A model generated the notes under the pieces. It saw nothing but the letters and a program-made list of their open reading frames with translations. It was not told where the DNA came from and made no database searches. Below, one piece after another: positions 46,704-60,052 of a stretch of 64,000 nt of DNA. The stretch lies in the NCBI GenBank assembly GCA_964016885.1, contig OZ024743.1:162998001-163062000 (forward strand). The letters are read 5' to 3'. The stretch is from Eledone cirrhosa (lineage: Eukaryota). The translations under genes were made by a program, and so were the position numbers. Each line of letters begins with the position of its first letter. The first letter of the stretch is position 1.

Positions 46704-47743
46704 TTACTTTACTACTATATATACGTTTATGTAAGGTTCATTTGTCTTATCTAATACTGACAAGTTGTTGGAGAAGTTGTTTGCGATAGGAATAATAGGA
46801 GTAATAGTTTCTTGATTTAGAGTTGGATTATGAACATTTAGCGAAGTTGTGTTTGACGTTGCATTTGGGTTTACAGAAGTTAGCCTAGGGTTTACAATGA
46901 CGTCAGGAGTACTATTACTGTTATTATGAAATTCAATATTGGAAGGAAGAGATTTAGTATTTAATATTTTGTTGTTGTGTTTAGAGATGATGTTGGAAAT
47001 ATTGGAGGATGTAGAATACGAAAATTTGATGGTGTGTTTGTTAAATATTTTACTATAGATATGTGAGGGAGGGAAGCATTTATTTAAGGCACTAAAAAAT
47101 AATTTAGGAATATTGTTATTAATAGAGATGGAGAAAGGAGCATTATACCAGATTATGTTTTTGTATCTAGGTCTTTTATTAAAATTATTGGAATGGTTAT
47201 GATTAAATATTCTACTGTAAGTTTTCCTAGAATTTGTTTCTTTATTATATTTGATTTTATCTGGATAGCCGGCTTTAGAAAGTGCGTTATTATAGTAATT
47301 GGCGTTAGCATCAAAGATGTTTTTATTAGAAGATATGTTAGATATTCTATTTCCAATATTATTAACTATAGCATTCTTGATATTGGTAGGATGGTTAGAT
47401 TTAAAGTTAACATAATTAAGATTCTCATTGTTTTTATGGTAAGGGTAATATAGGCCAGTGTCAAGATTAAGAGATACATCCAAGAAATTAGCTAGTTTGA
47501 TACTATTATCAAATTCAATTTTTAGGTTATGTTGGTTAACATATCTTCTAATAAAAACATCTTTGATGCTAACGCCAATTACTATAATAACGCACTTTCT
47601 AAAGCCGGCTATCCAGATAAAATCAAATATAATAAAGAAACAAATTCTAGGAAAACTTACAGTAGAATATTTAATCATAACCATTCCAATAATTTTAATA
47701 AAAGACCTAGATACAAAAACATAATCTGGTATAATGCTCCTTT
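46704..47743 (-). pseudogene. Internal PLE fragment (RT thumb/linker, ~46730-47536) with a 207-bp fold-back (47134-47340 / 47537-47743)
   Basis: NFLDVSLNLDTGLYYPYHK, SNHP, IIWYNAPFS, IKFSYST. Confidence 0.85.
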
Positions 47744-47746
47744 ATT

Positions 47747-47825
<79 letters not shown>

Positions 47826-47887
47826 GAAGTAATTCCGTCGGAAAAGTCCAGGAAAAAAGAGTGCTCTATGTAGGTAACAGAGCTTAA

Positions 47888-48272
47888 TAGTTATGTAATA
47901 AACAACATAAGGCAATTATTCCATTTACCAGTGGTTTCTTAAAAGCAAAAAAATTTGCTTTCAATCCTCAGAATGAAAAAATCCTTTTTTCAGGTATAAT
48001 TCTATCAAGAATCCTTTTACAAAGTCTACCAAAATCGGACTTCGTAGGGTTAATAAGCCGAATAGAGGGGTTGTTCGGAAAATTGGATTTGTGATCCTTC
48101 AGGGTAAAGTGGGGATAAATAAGGTCCAGAGGTTCAGTCCGGTCCAGGATGTTGTGTGTGTGCGTGTGTAAAATCCTTTTTTTTCATTCTGAGGATTGAA
48201 AGCAAAATTTTTTGCTTTTAAGAAACCATTGGTAAATGGAATAATTGCCTTATGTTGTTTATTACATAACTA
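47888..48272. repeat. Inverted family-D hammerhead tails flanking a ~180-bp piece of PLE family C
   Basis: Arms 47888-47980 / 48178-48272; core 47988-48170 matches 15605-15787. Confidence 0.9.
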
Positions 48273-48850
48273 TATATATATACAAACATATACACATATA
48301 TATATACATCTATATATATATCCAAATGCAAGTTTACGATTCTGTGTGTCCGCCTAAAACTAGCAAACTACCGGACCAAACTCCTCAAAATTACATGTAC
48401 ATATTCACTATACACTCGGACAGGTAACGGTCGAAAAAGTTTTACTTTGCAAAGCAAGGAATTCATTTAAATTCAATTTATCTTATTTTCTAATGAATAT
48501 CAAAAGAGATCATCCATTTTGTTTTTTATGTTCTCCAGTCTATAGGTAAGAGAGTGAGGGATGGGAAGAGAGAGAGAGTAAGGGATGAAAGAGAAAGAGA
48601 GAGAGTGGCAGATGGGAGAGAGAGTAAGGGATGAGAGAGAAAGAGAGAGAGAGTGAGTGGATTGGAGAGAGAGAGAGTAAGGGGATGTGAGAGAGAAAGA
48701 AAGAGAGGGGAGATGGGCGAGAGAGAGAGTAAGAAGATGTGAGAGAGAAAGAAAGAGAGTAAGGGGATGAGAGAGAAAGACGATGAAAGAGAGAGAGGGA
48801 AAGTAATCAGCGTTCTTAACTTTTATTTATTTATTATTTTTACACACAAA

Positions 48851-49011
48851 GGGCGGTGGATTGGCAGTATCGGTAGAGGGTCGGGCGCCTTTATGATCTG
48901 AGTTCAAATCCCGCCGAGGTTAACTTTGCCTTTCATCCTTACGGGGTCGATAAAATAAAGTACCAGTAATGCACTGAGATAATTGCTGGCCTGGTGCCAA
49001 AAGTAGAAACA
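48851..49011 (+). mobile_element. tRNA-derived SINE with 15-bp target-site duplication
   Basis: A-box-like tggcagtatcgg, B box gttcaaatcc; TSD attatttttacacac at 48833-48847 and 49012-49026. Confidence 0.85.
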
Positions 49012-49288
49012 ATTATTTTTACACACTTTTTAACTCTCCCGCTTCCTTAACATTATTTATCTTTTCTTTATTTTTTGTTCTCTATTCCGTAGAGTGAGGA
49101 GGGGGGGTGAGAGAGAAAGAGAGAGAGAGAGTAATGGGATGGGAGAGAGAGAGAGTAATGGGATGGGAGAGAGAGAGAGGGAAAGTAGCAAGCGTTCATT
49201 GACTTTTATTTATTTATTATTTTTACACATTTCTTAACTCTCCCAATGTTATTTATCTTTTATTTTTTGTTTGCTATTGTATAGAGGA

Positions 49289-50235
49289 CTAGCAGTAAAG
49301 CCCGGCGTTGCTCGGGGTCGCTCAGTAGCTGTGTTAAAGTTACAATGTTAAGTTTCTTTCTTGGCTTAAAAACTGTAGTGTCTACTGTGCAGACTTGCAT
49401 GTGGTGTTTTTGATTAATATTCCCTCAACCAACAATATGCCTTATGAAGTTAAGAAAACATAACGATAACCCGAATGTTATAACAAAAGAGGATGCTGGG
49501 GATAGAAACTGCACTGGTTATTTATTAACAAAGATCGAAAATGTAAACACTGCAACACAGAGAAAAACATTAGCGTAACCAAATTATCAGTTATGTCTGT
49601 CTGCACGCCTATATCACCTCTCTGCACGACTGTCTGTTTGCACGCCTATATCACCTCTCTGCACGACTATCTGTCTGCACGCCTATATCACCTCTCTGCA
49701 CGACTGTCTGTCTGCACGCCTATATCACCTCTCTGCACGACTGTCTGTCTGCACGACTGTCTGTCTGCACGCCTAACGACGAAATATTTGCTTGTTTTAC
49801 GAAGTCTTTAAATAGACTTGTTTTCAAGTAAAAATATTGTTTTAAAATGCTTTTAAATGGAAATGAAGCAAAACGGAAGCTTAGTGTTCGAACTGATGAA
49901 TTTTGCAGGTCAATATTTTGCTGGCTCGACAACTGTTCGTGTATTGTGTTAATGTCATTTTAAACGCTGAAAAAGCCAGCGTAATTTTTTACGTAAGACG
50001 CTCAATGTAAACAGAACAAAGGGAAATAACTGATAACTTACGCTCAAAAATCGATACATTATATTCGATTTCGTCACATAGGGTGGGTCAATTTGAAATA
50101 TTTTTTTCCGATGTCTTCGCTAGGGCTCAATGTACAAGTATAGCAATTTCGGTGCAATTCCGTGAGAGATTCTAAGAGGAGATGTGTGCCAAAAATCGAT
50201 AGACAGACAGACAACCACAGTTTTATATATATAGA
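49289..50235 (-). mobile_element. Nested non-autonomous Helitron
   Basis: Minus strand A|TCtatatatataaaactgtggttgtctgtctgtc ... cccgagcaacgccggg-ctttactg-CTAG|T. Confidence 0.85.
49594..49775. repeat. Minisatellite, ~37-bp unit (tctgtctgcacgcctatatcacctctctgcacgactg), about 4.5 copies
   Basis: Direct reading; lies inside the nested Helitron. Confidence 0.9.
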
Positions 50236-50818
50236 TAGATGAGAGAGAAAGAAAGAGAGGAGATGAGAAAGAGAAAGGGAGTGAGGCGGATGGGGAGAAA
50301 GAGACAATAAGAAAAGAGAAAAGATGGAGAGAGAGAAAAAAGTAAAGAGGCAGGAGAGAGGGAGGGTGATTGGAGGGATTCTTTAACTAATGTGTGTCCG
50401 CGTTTATATATATATTTACACACACATGTGTTATGGGGGGGGGGGGCGTTCTTTAGCAGACGATATATGTTACCATCAAAGCTTATTTTCTACATATGTC
50501 TAAAGAAATCAGATGCTTTTATAGAAGTATATATGTATGTATTTAACAGACGGAAAAAAAAAAACGGTATTTTTAAAAGATATTATTTGAATATATTATT
50601 TTCCGCTGTTATTTGAATTAACACAGAAAATATTTTTTTTTTGTAGTGTTTGTCGTTTTTGGGGATATAATCTGAAATCCCAATATTTTCTACATATGTC
50701 TAAAATAAATTACACCTAATATACATTCATATAAAGAGATCATTTAAAACAACTTTACTGAGTGAACAATACATTCTATAGTTGTTTCTATTTCGGAAAG
50801 AGTGTGGTGTGTAATAAT

Positions 50819-50881
50819 TGTTTCTACTTTTGGCATAAGGCCAGCAATTAATCCAGTGCATTACTGGTACTTTATTTTATC
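50819..50881 (-). mobile_element. 5'-truncated SINE with 17-bp TSD
   Basis: Matches the SINE 3' part; gtgtggtgtgtaataat at 50802-50818 and 50882-50898. Confidence 0.85.
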
Positions 50882-50908
50882 GTGTGGTGTGTAATAATAT
50901 CACTTCAA

Positions 50909-53900
50909 ATGCCTAGAAAACGTTCCAGATCATTATATGAAGGTCATCTTCAGAGGCTAAGAGAAAGAAAACACAGCGATCTGAAGAAAGTGAAGAAGTT
51001 CGGCATGCCCCTCTAACTGCTAACAGAGACCAAACAGCTTTAGCACGAGCACACCGTTTGGATGAAAGGGAACAAAGGACTGCTGCTACACGAGAACAAC
51101 AAATTAAGGAACAGCAGCAAATCAGACGAAATGCTAATCAAGCACATCGTTCTACTGCCCGAGCAGGAGAACAAGCTGCAAGTAACATGAACTGGCTGAT
51201 GGGTGCTTTTTCTTATGACCCTCAAAAGGACTACAGCAGTGATCCACAAATCAACATTGGGAAAATGAACAAATGCTGCCAGTATTGTGGTGCCAAGAAG
51301 TGGGCAGCAGAAACACCAAGTCTATGCTGCTCAAAAGGCAAAGTGAGCCTTAAAACAATACAAGAACCTCCTGGATTTCTGAAGAATCTGCTCCTTCAGG
51401 ATACACCAGAAGCACGACACTTCAATAAATACATCATAAAATATAATTCTGCCTTTCAAATGACATCTTTTGGGGCTGACAGGAATGTCACTGACTTTAG
51501 ATTCTGTACAACTTATAAAATTCAGGGACAGTGTTACCATTTAATGGGTGGCCTTCTGCCACTTTCACAGGAACCTCACACATTTGTGCAGGTTTACTTC
51601 ATGGGTGGAAATGAAACACAAGCACAACAAAGATGTACCAATGTCCATGGTGGATTGCAGTTCTACATAGTCATAAAGTTACAAGAAGTGCTTCACCAAC
51701 ATCACATGTACGTCAGTATATTTAAATATGCACTGGAGCATATGAACAACACCAGAGATCGTAAAATCATCATTAGGGCAGACAAACGCCCAAATTCAGG
51801 ACATGAATGCAGATTCAATGCACCTGTCACTGATGAAGTTGCGATCATAATGGTTGATGAACAGCATGAACGACATGACATTGTTTTGTAAAAATGAAGT
51901 GGACATTTGGAGTGAATATGTGAAACTCATAGAGCTTATGATTCACTCCAATATCTGCTCATCTTTTGGAATGGTCAAGATGGATATCATTTTCAGCTAT
52001 GGCATATCAGCCCAGGAACAGGACAAGAAACTGGCCGATCAATCAGCTGCAAAGAATTCTATGATTATCATTTCATGGTACGTGACCACTTCAACCAAGT
52101 TCTGCGATTCAAAGAAGTAACCAGCCAGTTCATGGTGGACATGTATGCCAAAATTGAAACAGAAAGATTGTGTTTTCTGTGAAGGAATCAAACTAAGTTT
52201 AGGGCAGATAACTACATCCACCTTAGAGATGCCATCAATTCTGATGTTGACCCAAAAAATATTGGCCAGCCAGTCATATTACCATCAGACTTCACGGGAG
52301 GACCACGTTACATGCATGAACGTACGCAAGATGCAATGGCCTATGTCAGGAAATTTGGTCGGCAGGATCTCTTCATTACATTTACATGCAATTCAAATTG
52401 GTCAGAAATATCAAATGAATTATTTCAAAATAAAAAACCAAAGGATCGACATGACCTCATTGCTCGGGGTTTCCATGAAAAGCAAAAAAACTCATCTGGC
52501 TCCTAAAAGAAGGAAGAATCTTTGGTGAGCTTAGTGATTGGATGACCACTATTGAGTGGAAGAAGAGAGGTCTTCCTCACTCTCACACACTAATCTGATG
52601 CAAGGAGAAGATAAGACCAGATGATGTTGATAAGATCATTTCAGCAGAGTTGCCTGATAAAGGTGGTGATCCAGAGCTCTTTGAAATCATCAAGTCCAAA
52701 CTCATTCATGGTCCACGTGGAGTCATCAATCCAGCCTCTCCCTGCATGAAAAATAAAAAATGCAGCAAACATTATCCTAGAGCTTTTATTCGGGAAACTC
52801 GGACTGACAATAATGGATACCCCCTTTATCGTAGGCGTAGACCAGAACATGGAGGCAATACTGCAAGCCTAACAGTTCGAGGAGAGGAGCCGACCATAAA
52901 CAATCAGTGGGTCGTCCCACACAACAAATTTTTGTGTAAACTTTTAAAAGCTCATATCAACGTTGAGCTCCGTCAAGGCAATCCTATATGTCACAAAATA
53001 TATCAACAAGGGCAGAGACATGGCTACCTTTATTACTGACAAAGAACTCAATGATGGTGAGCTGGATGAGGTCAAACAGTATCAAACAGGTTGATACATC
53101 TCCAGCAATGAAGCTATCTGGCGAATCTTTGGATTTGATATCCACCAATGCCACCCAACAGTGGTCAACCTCGCAGTCCATCTGGAAAATGGTCAGAGAG
53201 TGTACTTCACAGAAATCACTGCTCATCAGTTGGCACAAGCATCACATGACACTACACTAACTGCTTTCTTTAAACTCTGCCAGAATGATAAATTTGCTCG
53301 ATCCCTCCTATATGCTGAAGTCCCAACATACTACATCTGGACCAATTGCAAGACCTGGAATCGAAGAAAGCAGGGTCATTTAGTGGAAGGTCATGAAGTC
53401 AAGTCAAGTGATGCTATTGGGCGTGTTTACAATGTCCATCCCAACAACAGAGAATGTTTTTATTTACGGCTACATCTGCATACTGTTCGAGGACCAACGT
53501 CATTTGAGGATCATAGATGCTTCAGAGGAAGGGAGTGCGCAACATACCAAGAAGCATGTAAACAACATGGACTCCTACAATACAATAGGCACTGGAAGAA
53601 GTGCCTAGAAGAAGCAGCAATCACTCAAGTAGCCAGTCAAATAAGACAATTATTTGCTATTATGCTCACAGCATGTGGAATTGATGAAGCTCATTTACTC
53701 TGGCAGGAGTACAAAAACAATATTTCGGACGACTATCTACACCTAGCCCGAAGACATCATGGCAATATGTATATGGAATATACCCCCAGGATTTACAATC
53801 AAGCTCTCTGTGAATAGCACATTAGCTAACTGCAGGATGCCAGAGCCAGATGAAGAAATGCAGGAAGCACAAGATATTTTTCAGGAGACAAACTACGATA

Positions 53901-55283
53901 TTCAAGCATTGCGTAAGTTTGTGGATGAAAATGAACTTCGATTGATATATGACCAGAAATACGCCTACCACAGCATCATCGAAAACATTCAAGATGACAG
54001 GGGAGGACTTTTCTTCATCGATGCTCCTGCTGGCACAGAAAAGACATTCCTCATAAACCTTCTGCTTGCAAAAGTTCTCCAAACGCAACATATTGCCCTT
54101 GCTGTGGCTTTAAGTGGCATTGCAGCAACACTTCTGGATGGAGGAAGAACTGCACACTCCATGTTTAAGCTGCCTATAGATCTCACATGGCATGAACAAT
54201 CTTTTTGCAACATCAAGAAGAACTCACCCAAGGGCAAGCTTCTGCAAACATGCTAGATGATAATTTGGGATGAAGCTACTATGAGCCATAAAGGAGCAAT
54301 TGAAGCTTTGGACCAGACGATAAGGGATCTGAGAGAAAATAGTTGCCAATGGCTCTAGCTGGTGATTTCAGACAAACTCTGCCTGTAATTCTTCGAGAGA
54401 CTCGAGCTGATTAGGTCAATGCCTGTCTGAAAACATCCTATCTCTGGCCCCACTTTCAGCTGCTGAGCCTTACAACCAACATGCGAGTGCACTTAACTGG
54501 TGACGAAGGTGTCAGTGAGTTTGCCATCCAACTATTTAAATTGGGAAATGGACTTCTTGAAAAGGACTCCAATGACCATATTCAGTTGTCATTTGGCCAT
54601 ACTATTGACACAGAACAAGAACTGATTGCCAGAGTGTTTCCAAACATTCAGACCAGGCAATGTGATCCGAAATGGCTCTGTGAACCTGCAATCTTAGCAC
54701 CTAAAAATGTTGCCGTGAAAGAAATCAACAGAAGCTGCTGGAGATGTTACCGGGAGAGAAAATATGCTACAAATCAGTTGACACAATCACTTCTCAAGAC
54801 CATATTGTAAACTATCCAACTGAATTTTTGATCAGTCTTGAACGAGCGGGAATTCCTCCACACGACCTGATACTGAAGCTTGGAGCATCGGTTATGCTAC
54901 TTCGCAATCTCGATCCTACAAAACTTTGTAATGACACAAGACTCATCATCAAAAATATGATGTCCAATGTTCTAGAAGTTGCAATCTTGTCAGGAAAATT
55001 TACTGGTGACAATTGTTTAATTCCCAGAATACCTCTGAAGCCTGCTGATTTGCCATTTGAATTTCAAAGACTTCAATTTCCAATCAGACTCAGTTTTGCC
55101 ATGACCATTAATACATCTCAAGGGCAATCATTGAAAGTCGTTGGGTTGAATCTGGCAGATCCTGTTTTTTCGCATGGTCAACTCTATGTTGGCACAACAA
55201 GGGTTGGGAACCCTGATTGTGTCTTCATTGTGGCACCACAAGGCAAAACCAAGAATATTGTTTATCCAGAGTCTTTGGAATGA
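50909..55283 (+). pseudogene. Helitron Rep/PIF1-helicase pseudogene with many stops and frameshifts
   Basis: CQYC..CCSKG, YNSAFQMTSFG, DLFITFTCN, IEWKKRGLPHSH (52551-52586), KYINKG, DAPAGTEKT, IIWDEATM, GDFRQTLPV, QFPIRLSFAMTINTSQGQSL, FSHGQLYV. Confidence 0.95.
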
Positions 55284-56240
55284 GCAATGTCGTAATTCCT
55301 CATTCAATGACAATACACACAGATCCTAATTCCTTAGTCATGTAGTTTGAAAGGTAATCTGAAGCCGCACATTTATTGCATGGTGTTACTTTGGAAGAAT
55401 ATGCAGGCATTCCCGGGAACCTCTGCTATATAAAGTCGTATAAGTGAGGACTTTGTTGGGTAGAAATAACAGCCAAATTTCCTTCAAATCCCACCTTACT
55501 TTCTCAGGTATGTATATATGTATGAAGCAAAAAGGAATGGTTCGATGTGATAACTCGATCTACTAGAAATATTAGCAAAATCCATTTCAAATCACAAACA
55601 ACTGTCTTACACACATACATGTGTGTGTATGTATCTATGTATGTCATGTGAGCCACTATAACTGTTGGTATAGCTAATAGAAATAGAAAACAAATCTCCC
55701 TCAAACAAGATCCTACAGCCATAGAGGCAAAGATTGGTGAAAGCTAGAGTGTACAAATGTAAATACACTTTCCCCGAATTACAGAAATGAGTAAGTAAAT
55801 GCTTCATTTAATCATAAACCAATGCTAAATTTATTTTCTTATTTTATTTATGGTTTTTAAAATAGTCTTTACATGTTGTTTGAATTTCAGAGTTTCAGAT
55901 TGAGCAAAAAAAAAAAAAGAAAAAAAAAAGAAAGAAAAGGATAAATGAAAAAAATCTAAATGTATTTTTTTGCTCATGCCCATTTAACTGACAACAGACG
56001 CAATGATTCATCTATGAGTAAAACATTATGTATGCTGACTGTAATAGGGAGCAGTATTCAAAAAATCACCACTGGAAAAAAACTAATATTTTTATCTAGA
56101 TGATTTACTTTGACCAAACGGCAATAAATATTCTGCTATAATTCCTACTTCATATTTGAATGGGCTCATATTTTGTAATGTGTGCCAAATATATTGTAAC
56201 TTTCATAAAATACCCGGGTATCACCGGGTAGCTCAGCTAG

Positions 56241-56800
56241 TCTACTATATAAGTCCCGTTCTGTCTGTGTGTGTAAAGTATTATAACTTGCGTATTGTTC
56301 GCCCGATCTCGCTAAAATTTTACACATTGCCAAAGGAGGATGCGAGACGTGTCAATAACAATTATTTATTGCATAATTGTTACTTTCAAAGTGATAATCG
56401 CAATTTTTCTAATCCTTGTGTGACTTTGCGTTAAAAAAATCTCCATTAGAACTGCCGTAAGCAGAAACGCGGTACATTGAGAAAGAGAAGGAAGTAGAAA
56501 GTGCAGAGTAGAAGAGAGAGAGGGACAGACAAAGAAAGAGAGAGAATGTCTATAGGAGGGAAACAGCGACAGAAAGAAAGAGACAAAGAACAAATGGGGA
56601 GAGAGAGAGAGAGAGGGAGAAGGCTGTGTGAGAGAAGGGACTGGCAAAAAGAGAGAGAAAGAAGAGGCTGTGTGAGAGGGGAAAAAGAGAGAGTGAGACA
56701 ATAAGTAACCACATGTTGTGAGAAGAGAAGCAGACGACAATATTAAACACGATATTAGAAAAATATTTTTGTAAATATGACAATATTTTATATATGCATG
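56241..56800 (+). mobile_element. 5' portion of a second Helitron-like element directly abutting the first
   Basis: Starts TCtactatataag..ctgtctgtgtgt right after CTAG, followed by a GA-rich tract like 48550-48800; no 3' end seen. Confidence 0.5.
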
Positions 56801-56904
56801 TATTCATAGATAAATACATACATATGTTTACAGGTATATATATATATATATATTTTTTTTTAATATATATATACATGCATAGATAAATACATACATATGT
56901 TTAC

Positions 56905-56956
<52 letters not shown>

Positions 56957-56960
<4 letters not shown>

Positions 56961-57693
56961 AATTAGTATATCTACCAACATATGTATACAGATGCATACC
57001 TATGTTAGCAAATATATAGGTTTAGTCTTAGTAACTTTGTAGTTCAATGCAAGGGGATGCAGAACAATTATATGAAAGACGTAAAATAAGAGAATTATGA
57101 AAATTGACTTACTTACTAAAATTTCACTCCAACTAATTAGTTTCTGTAAGGGAATAAATATGGTTACGTAACGTAATCATAGAGAAACCTTACGTCATCA
57201 GGGAGTCTGTTCTCAGCTAAGTTCCCAGGCAATGCGTGGACACAAGGAACTCATATAAAAATAATTCAATGGATGGAAAAAAGCGAGCGGGGACTAAATT
57301 CCAGGACATTGAAAAAATTCACTGCCTACTTGGTCAGTGGCAAATTCGAAAGAATCAATCACGTGACACTGAGGTTAATCAGTGAGGAGTGGGATGTTAT
57401 TAAGACAGGGGCCTGACCACTACCATGAACCATAGTAGTAATTTCGGCAAATTTTACTCATTTTACAAATTTTACTCATTTTACAAATTTTTCCATCCAT
57501 TGAATTATTTTTATATGAGTTCCTTGTGTCCACGCATTGCCTGGGAACTTAGCTGAGAACAGACTCCCTGATGACGTAAGGTTTCTCTATGATTACGTTA
57601 CGTAACCATATTTATTCCCTTACAGAAACTAATTAGTTGGAGTGAAATTTTAGTAAGTAAGTCAATTTTCATAATTCTCTTATTTTACGTCTT
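56957..57693. mobile_element. Non-coding PLE-tail fold-back; 204-bp arms 57077-57280 / 57488-57693
   Basis: Arms appear identical, each with an HHR; flanked by TA tracts. Confidence 0.85.
57563..57643 (+). ncRNA. Type-I hammerhead with 50-nt stem II domain (inverted copy 57126-57206)
   Basis: actcc-CTGATGA-cgtaagg...ccttaca-GAAA-ctaattag-TT-ggagt. Confidence 0.8.
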
Positions 57694-57704
57694 ATATATA
57701 TATA

Positions 57705-59291
57705 AATACATCATACATCGAAGCACCAAAACCGACAGACTTAAAATTACGCCCCATTATTGCTGGCCCAGCCTCAAGCACACAACGTCTAAGCAACCTA
57801 TTAGACATCATACTCAAACCCCTATGTAAAAAAGTTCCAAGCTACATCTGAGATGATATGGAATTCCTTAACTATATCCCCCAAAAAGTACACCAGGATA
57901 CAATCCTAGTCAGTTTTGATGTAATAAGCCTGTACACTAACATCCCACACGACCTAGGGATTGAAGCTGTGGACTTCTGGATTACAAAACACTCAAGTCA
58001 CATTTCAGAAAGATTCCCCAAAGAATTCATCTTGGAAGGACTTAAATTAGTATTGGAAAACAACCACTTCCTCTTTGACAACGAACTTTATCTACAAATA
58101 AAAGGAACAGCCATGGGTACCAAAGTGGCCCCTACATATGCAACGCTCGTTATGGGTCACTTAGAGGCAAAATTATATTCCCAACTACAGATAACATTCA
58201 GTCACGACTTCGCCTTCTACATTAATAAAAACTGGAAACGTTACCTAGATGACTGCTTCATCTTCTGGAACAGAAGCCAAACAGACCTACAAAAATTTTA
58301 TTCGATTTTAAACAGGCTTCATGAAGCTATACTATTCACTATGGAATGTAACGAAAAGGAACTGCCCTTTCTAGATATCCTCATCATTAAAGAAGGGGAA
58401 AATATCATAACGGACCTATTTTGCAAACCCACTGACACACACCAATACTTAAATTTCCGGTCAGCACACCCCTCACATACGAAAAGGAACATTCCCTTCA
58501 ACATGGCAAGGCGCATCTGCACTATAGCAACACACCCCGTACTACAAGAAAAAAGATTATGTGACCTGAAAAAATTCCTTAAAAAACAAGAATACCCGAT
58601 GAAACTCATCAACGCAGCCATCTCCAAGGCTAAGAACATCCCAATAACAACACTGAGAAAACCAAACCCACAACATAAAAAAGAAAACCCTGCTATCTCT
58701 TTTGTCATCACTCACAACCCAGGGAACATCAACATTGTGAAAACTGCTAAGCAGTATCTCCCGATTCTACAGCAATCTACCAAAATGAATGCACTCTTAA
58801 AAAACACACAGATAATTTATAGCAGACGCCAAGCACCCAACCTTAAAAAAACAATTACCAAGGCAAAATTTACGACCAACATGGAATCAATGCAAGTGAC
58901 GAAATGCGGGGACCATAGATGTGGAACCTGTAAACTCATCGAAGAGGGCAAACAGTTGTCCTTCAAAAACCATGATAATTTCAAGGTCAATGCAAACATG
59001 AACTGCAAAACGAAAAACCTAATATATTGCGCAACATGTCCACAGTGTAAAGAGTATTACATTGGGGAAACCGGAACGGGATTACATGATAGAGTCCGGG
59101 TACATAAACAACAGATTAAAGACCCCACAGTCAGAAATACCACATGTAGCGCACACTTTACATCATGCGGAAAGGGAAAATTCACAATCTTCCCTTTCTT
59201 CAAGATATGGTCGGATAACGAACATTTCCGCAGATATAAAGAAGAATTCTTCATTGAAAAATTTAAACCACTACTGAACACGAAAAAATGA
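57705..59291 (+). pseudogene. PLE family J (Neptune-like) RT + GIY-YIG, 5'-truncated, one in-frame stop at 57849; TG/TA-rich 3' UTR follows to ~60920
   Basis: LKLRPIIAGP, SFDVISLYTNIPH, GTAMGTKVAP, KRYLDD, LPFLDI, KPTDTHQYL, C..RC.TC, NLIYCATC..C.EYYIGET, HF..C. Confidence 0.92.
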
Positions 59292-59554
59292 ATTAACACT
59301 CGGAGGTAAAATTCCATTTCACTACCCCACCCTCTTCTTATGTGTACACATGAATATCTGAGTAAACGGTGAGACACACACATTTATGTGTGTAGGTATG
59401 TATGGATGTATTTACGTGGGGGTATATATGTATGTGGGTGTGTGTATGTGTGTGTATATATATGTATGGATGTGTGTATGTTTGTATGTGTGTGTGTATA
59501 TATATATATATATATGTGTGTATGTGTGTATATATATATATATGTGTGTATGTA

Positions 59555-59625
<71 letters not shown>

Positions 59626-59687
59626 ATGTATGTGTATATATGTATGTGTGTATGTATGTATTTGTATGTGTATGTGTATGTGTATGT

Positions 59688-59721
<34 letters not shown>

Positions 59722-59820
59722 ATATATATATAGATATATATATGTGTATATGTATGTATATGTGTGTATGTGTCTGTATGTGTTTATGTGTACATATATG
59801 TATATATATATGTGTGTATG

Positions 59821-59853
<33 letters not shown>

Positions 59854-59980
59854 GCCTCTCTCTCTCTATATATATATATATGTATATATATGTGTGTATG
59901 TGTGTGTGTATGCATGTATGTGTGAACGAAGGTAGATATACGGACACATGTATACGTGTGTGTATGTGTGTGAGTGTGTA

Positions 59981-60052
<72 letters not shown>

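Larger units (their letters stand above)
48309..56240 (+). mobile_element. Helitron, formerly autonomous
   Basis: Candidate 5' A|TC at 48309 (tctatatatatatccaaa..ctgtgtgtcc); 3' hairpin tacccgggtatcaccgggta then CTAG (56237-56240)|T; RepHel pseudogene inside. The 5' boundary is less certain than the 3'. Confidence 0.75.

Noticed and set aside
46704-47684. 326-aa ORF read as one novel protein
   Set aside because: The first ~49 aa are antisense sequence from the fold-back arm; only the remainder is PLE coding
48851-48915. tRNA gene
   Set aside because: A/B boxes are present but there is no cloverleaf; it continues into a repeated SINE body with a TSD
49594-49775. CRISPR-like array
   Set aside because: Units are contiguous with no unique spacers; eukaryotic minisatellite inside a Helitron
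57849-57851. In-frame TGA as selenocysteine, as in some Naiad PLEs
   Set aside because: Context SYI*DD corresponds to the usual SYIRD motif, so CGA-to-TGA decay is simpler; not a Cys position and no SECIS seen
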